A stretch of DNA of 33,674 bases. Source: Proteromonas lacertae (taxonomy: Eukaryota). The DNA lies in the NCBI GenBank assembly GCA_002245135.1, contig NGBS01000062.1, positions 1 to 33,674 of the forward strand, written 5' to 3'. Positions 32,667-33,674 of this stretch are shown here, piece after piece (the stretch's first letter is position 1; the number at the start of each line of letters is the position of its first letter). The notes below the pieces were generated by a model. That model saw only the letters and a program-made list of their open reading frames with translations. It was not told where the DNA came from and ran no database searches. The translations under genes and the position numbers were made by a program.

Positions 32667-33674
32667 ATGTTTTTGCATTTTTCTTCTTCATCTTTGAGAT
32701 ATTCTCTTCGAAATATATCTAAATTCAGTACACTCACTTCAAGCTATTTAGATAAAACCATCACATGCAAATCAAAGAGAGTCTTATCTGAATTGAAACA
32801 TGTTATGAAAATGTATAGAAATAACTACTATTATTATAGTTTTTAGAATGTAAAGACTATGTAACAAAACCTCTTCATGATGTATATTCTTTATTGTGTG
32901 ATTTTTTAGTTATATAAGAAAGATAAGAGTTTATACATGGCGCCTATACTAGTTGCTTTTGAACATATAATGCAGAATGGATTTTCTCATTCAACCGTAG
33001 AAACTGACATTAACTTCCTTCATAAGCTAAATCTAGAAGGAAAATGTACAAATACAGAATTAGACTATTACAAAGCACTCATAAAATGGAATGAAGGTAA
33101 ATTATCTGATGCAGCTAACATTTTAGAACAAAATCTCCTCATTACTCCTGAAGATATTTTAACTTTAAGAATATTACATGATATATACTATCATTTAGGT
33201 GATAAATATAACTTAGTATATTTTATATTAATATATATAGTTAAATAGTGTAAATCGAGTAGCTTCTCATTATTCTAATGCTGTATATGGATATGAGACA
33301 TTATTAAGTCTTCAGTCATTCGGATTACAAGAAAATCATTATTTCAAAACAGCTGAAGAAACAGCAATGTCAGCCTTAACAATTGATTCTAATATGATTG
33401 GTTATTTAGCTTTTAGCACATTTAAAATATAATTCTGCAAATATTCGAGAAGGTCAAAGAATCTATAGAGAATTTGAAGATTATTGGAGTAAAAGTAGTA
33501 AAATAAATGAAAGTTTATATATAAACTTTAAAAATATGTGTGAATATGGTCAAACTCCTCAAGCCATGAATATCTATGAAGGATTAGAAGTAGAGAAAGC
33601 TAGTTTGAATAATATAGTTTGTAAAACGGCTAGTTTATTTTATTTAGATCATGATGCTAGTAGTGATAAATGGA
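32667..33674 (+). CDS. TTC38-like TPR protein, 3'-truncated, with a possible mitochondrial-type presequence
   Basis: AANILEQNLLITPEDILTLRILHDIYYHLGD and SFGLQENHYFKTAEETAMSAL match the TTC38 pattern. The N-terminus is Ser/Arg-rich and lacks acidic residues. Exon structure is partly uncertain. Confidence 0.65.

Noticed and set aside
96..33500. Programmed frameshifting, RNA editing or a variant genetic code to explain broken frames
   Set aside because: The indels are 1 nt, go in both directions and mostly fall in homopolymers. PP2A, RPL4, PA2G4 and the ADH read cleanly in the standard code. Long-read error is the simpler explanation.

Overview
Very AT-rich, gene-dense eukaryotic DNA with many very short GT-AG introns (mostly about 26-35 nt, 5' GTAT) and TGTTTGTT-like motifs behind genes. 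This resembles a Blastocystis/Opalinata-type stramenopile; the taxon is inferred, not proven. Bases 1 to ~5780 look like one end of an integrated Polinton/Maverick-like element. It holds a retroviral-type integrase, two treble-clef Zn-finger repeat genes, orphan genes with 30-nt host-type introns, and a candidate CTACT terminus next to TTAGGG repeats. Host genes follow: PP2A catalytic subunit, an ECTFxP-repeat protein, a bacterial-type YqhD alcohol dehydrogenase, two tandem cold-shock-domain + RING-H2 genes, DNAAF1 and a type I membrane protein. From ~15.0 to ~31.6 kb lies a large inverted duplication. Each arm carries a PH-domain module, a small Cys-rich gene and a degenerate Hsp110-like gene with a variable C-terminus. 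The spacer holds a BI-1-like gene, RPL4, SSU72 and PA2G4. VTT-domain and TTC38-like genes end the window. Scattered 1-nt indels are probably long-read assembly errors. All family calls come from motif recognition, not database searches.
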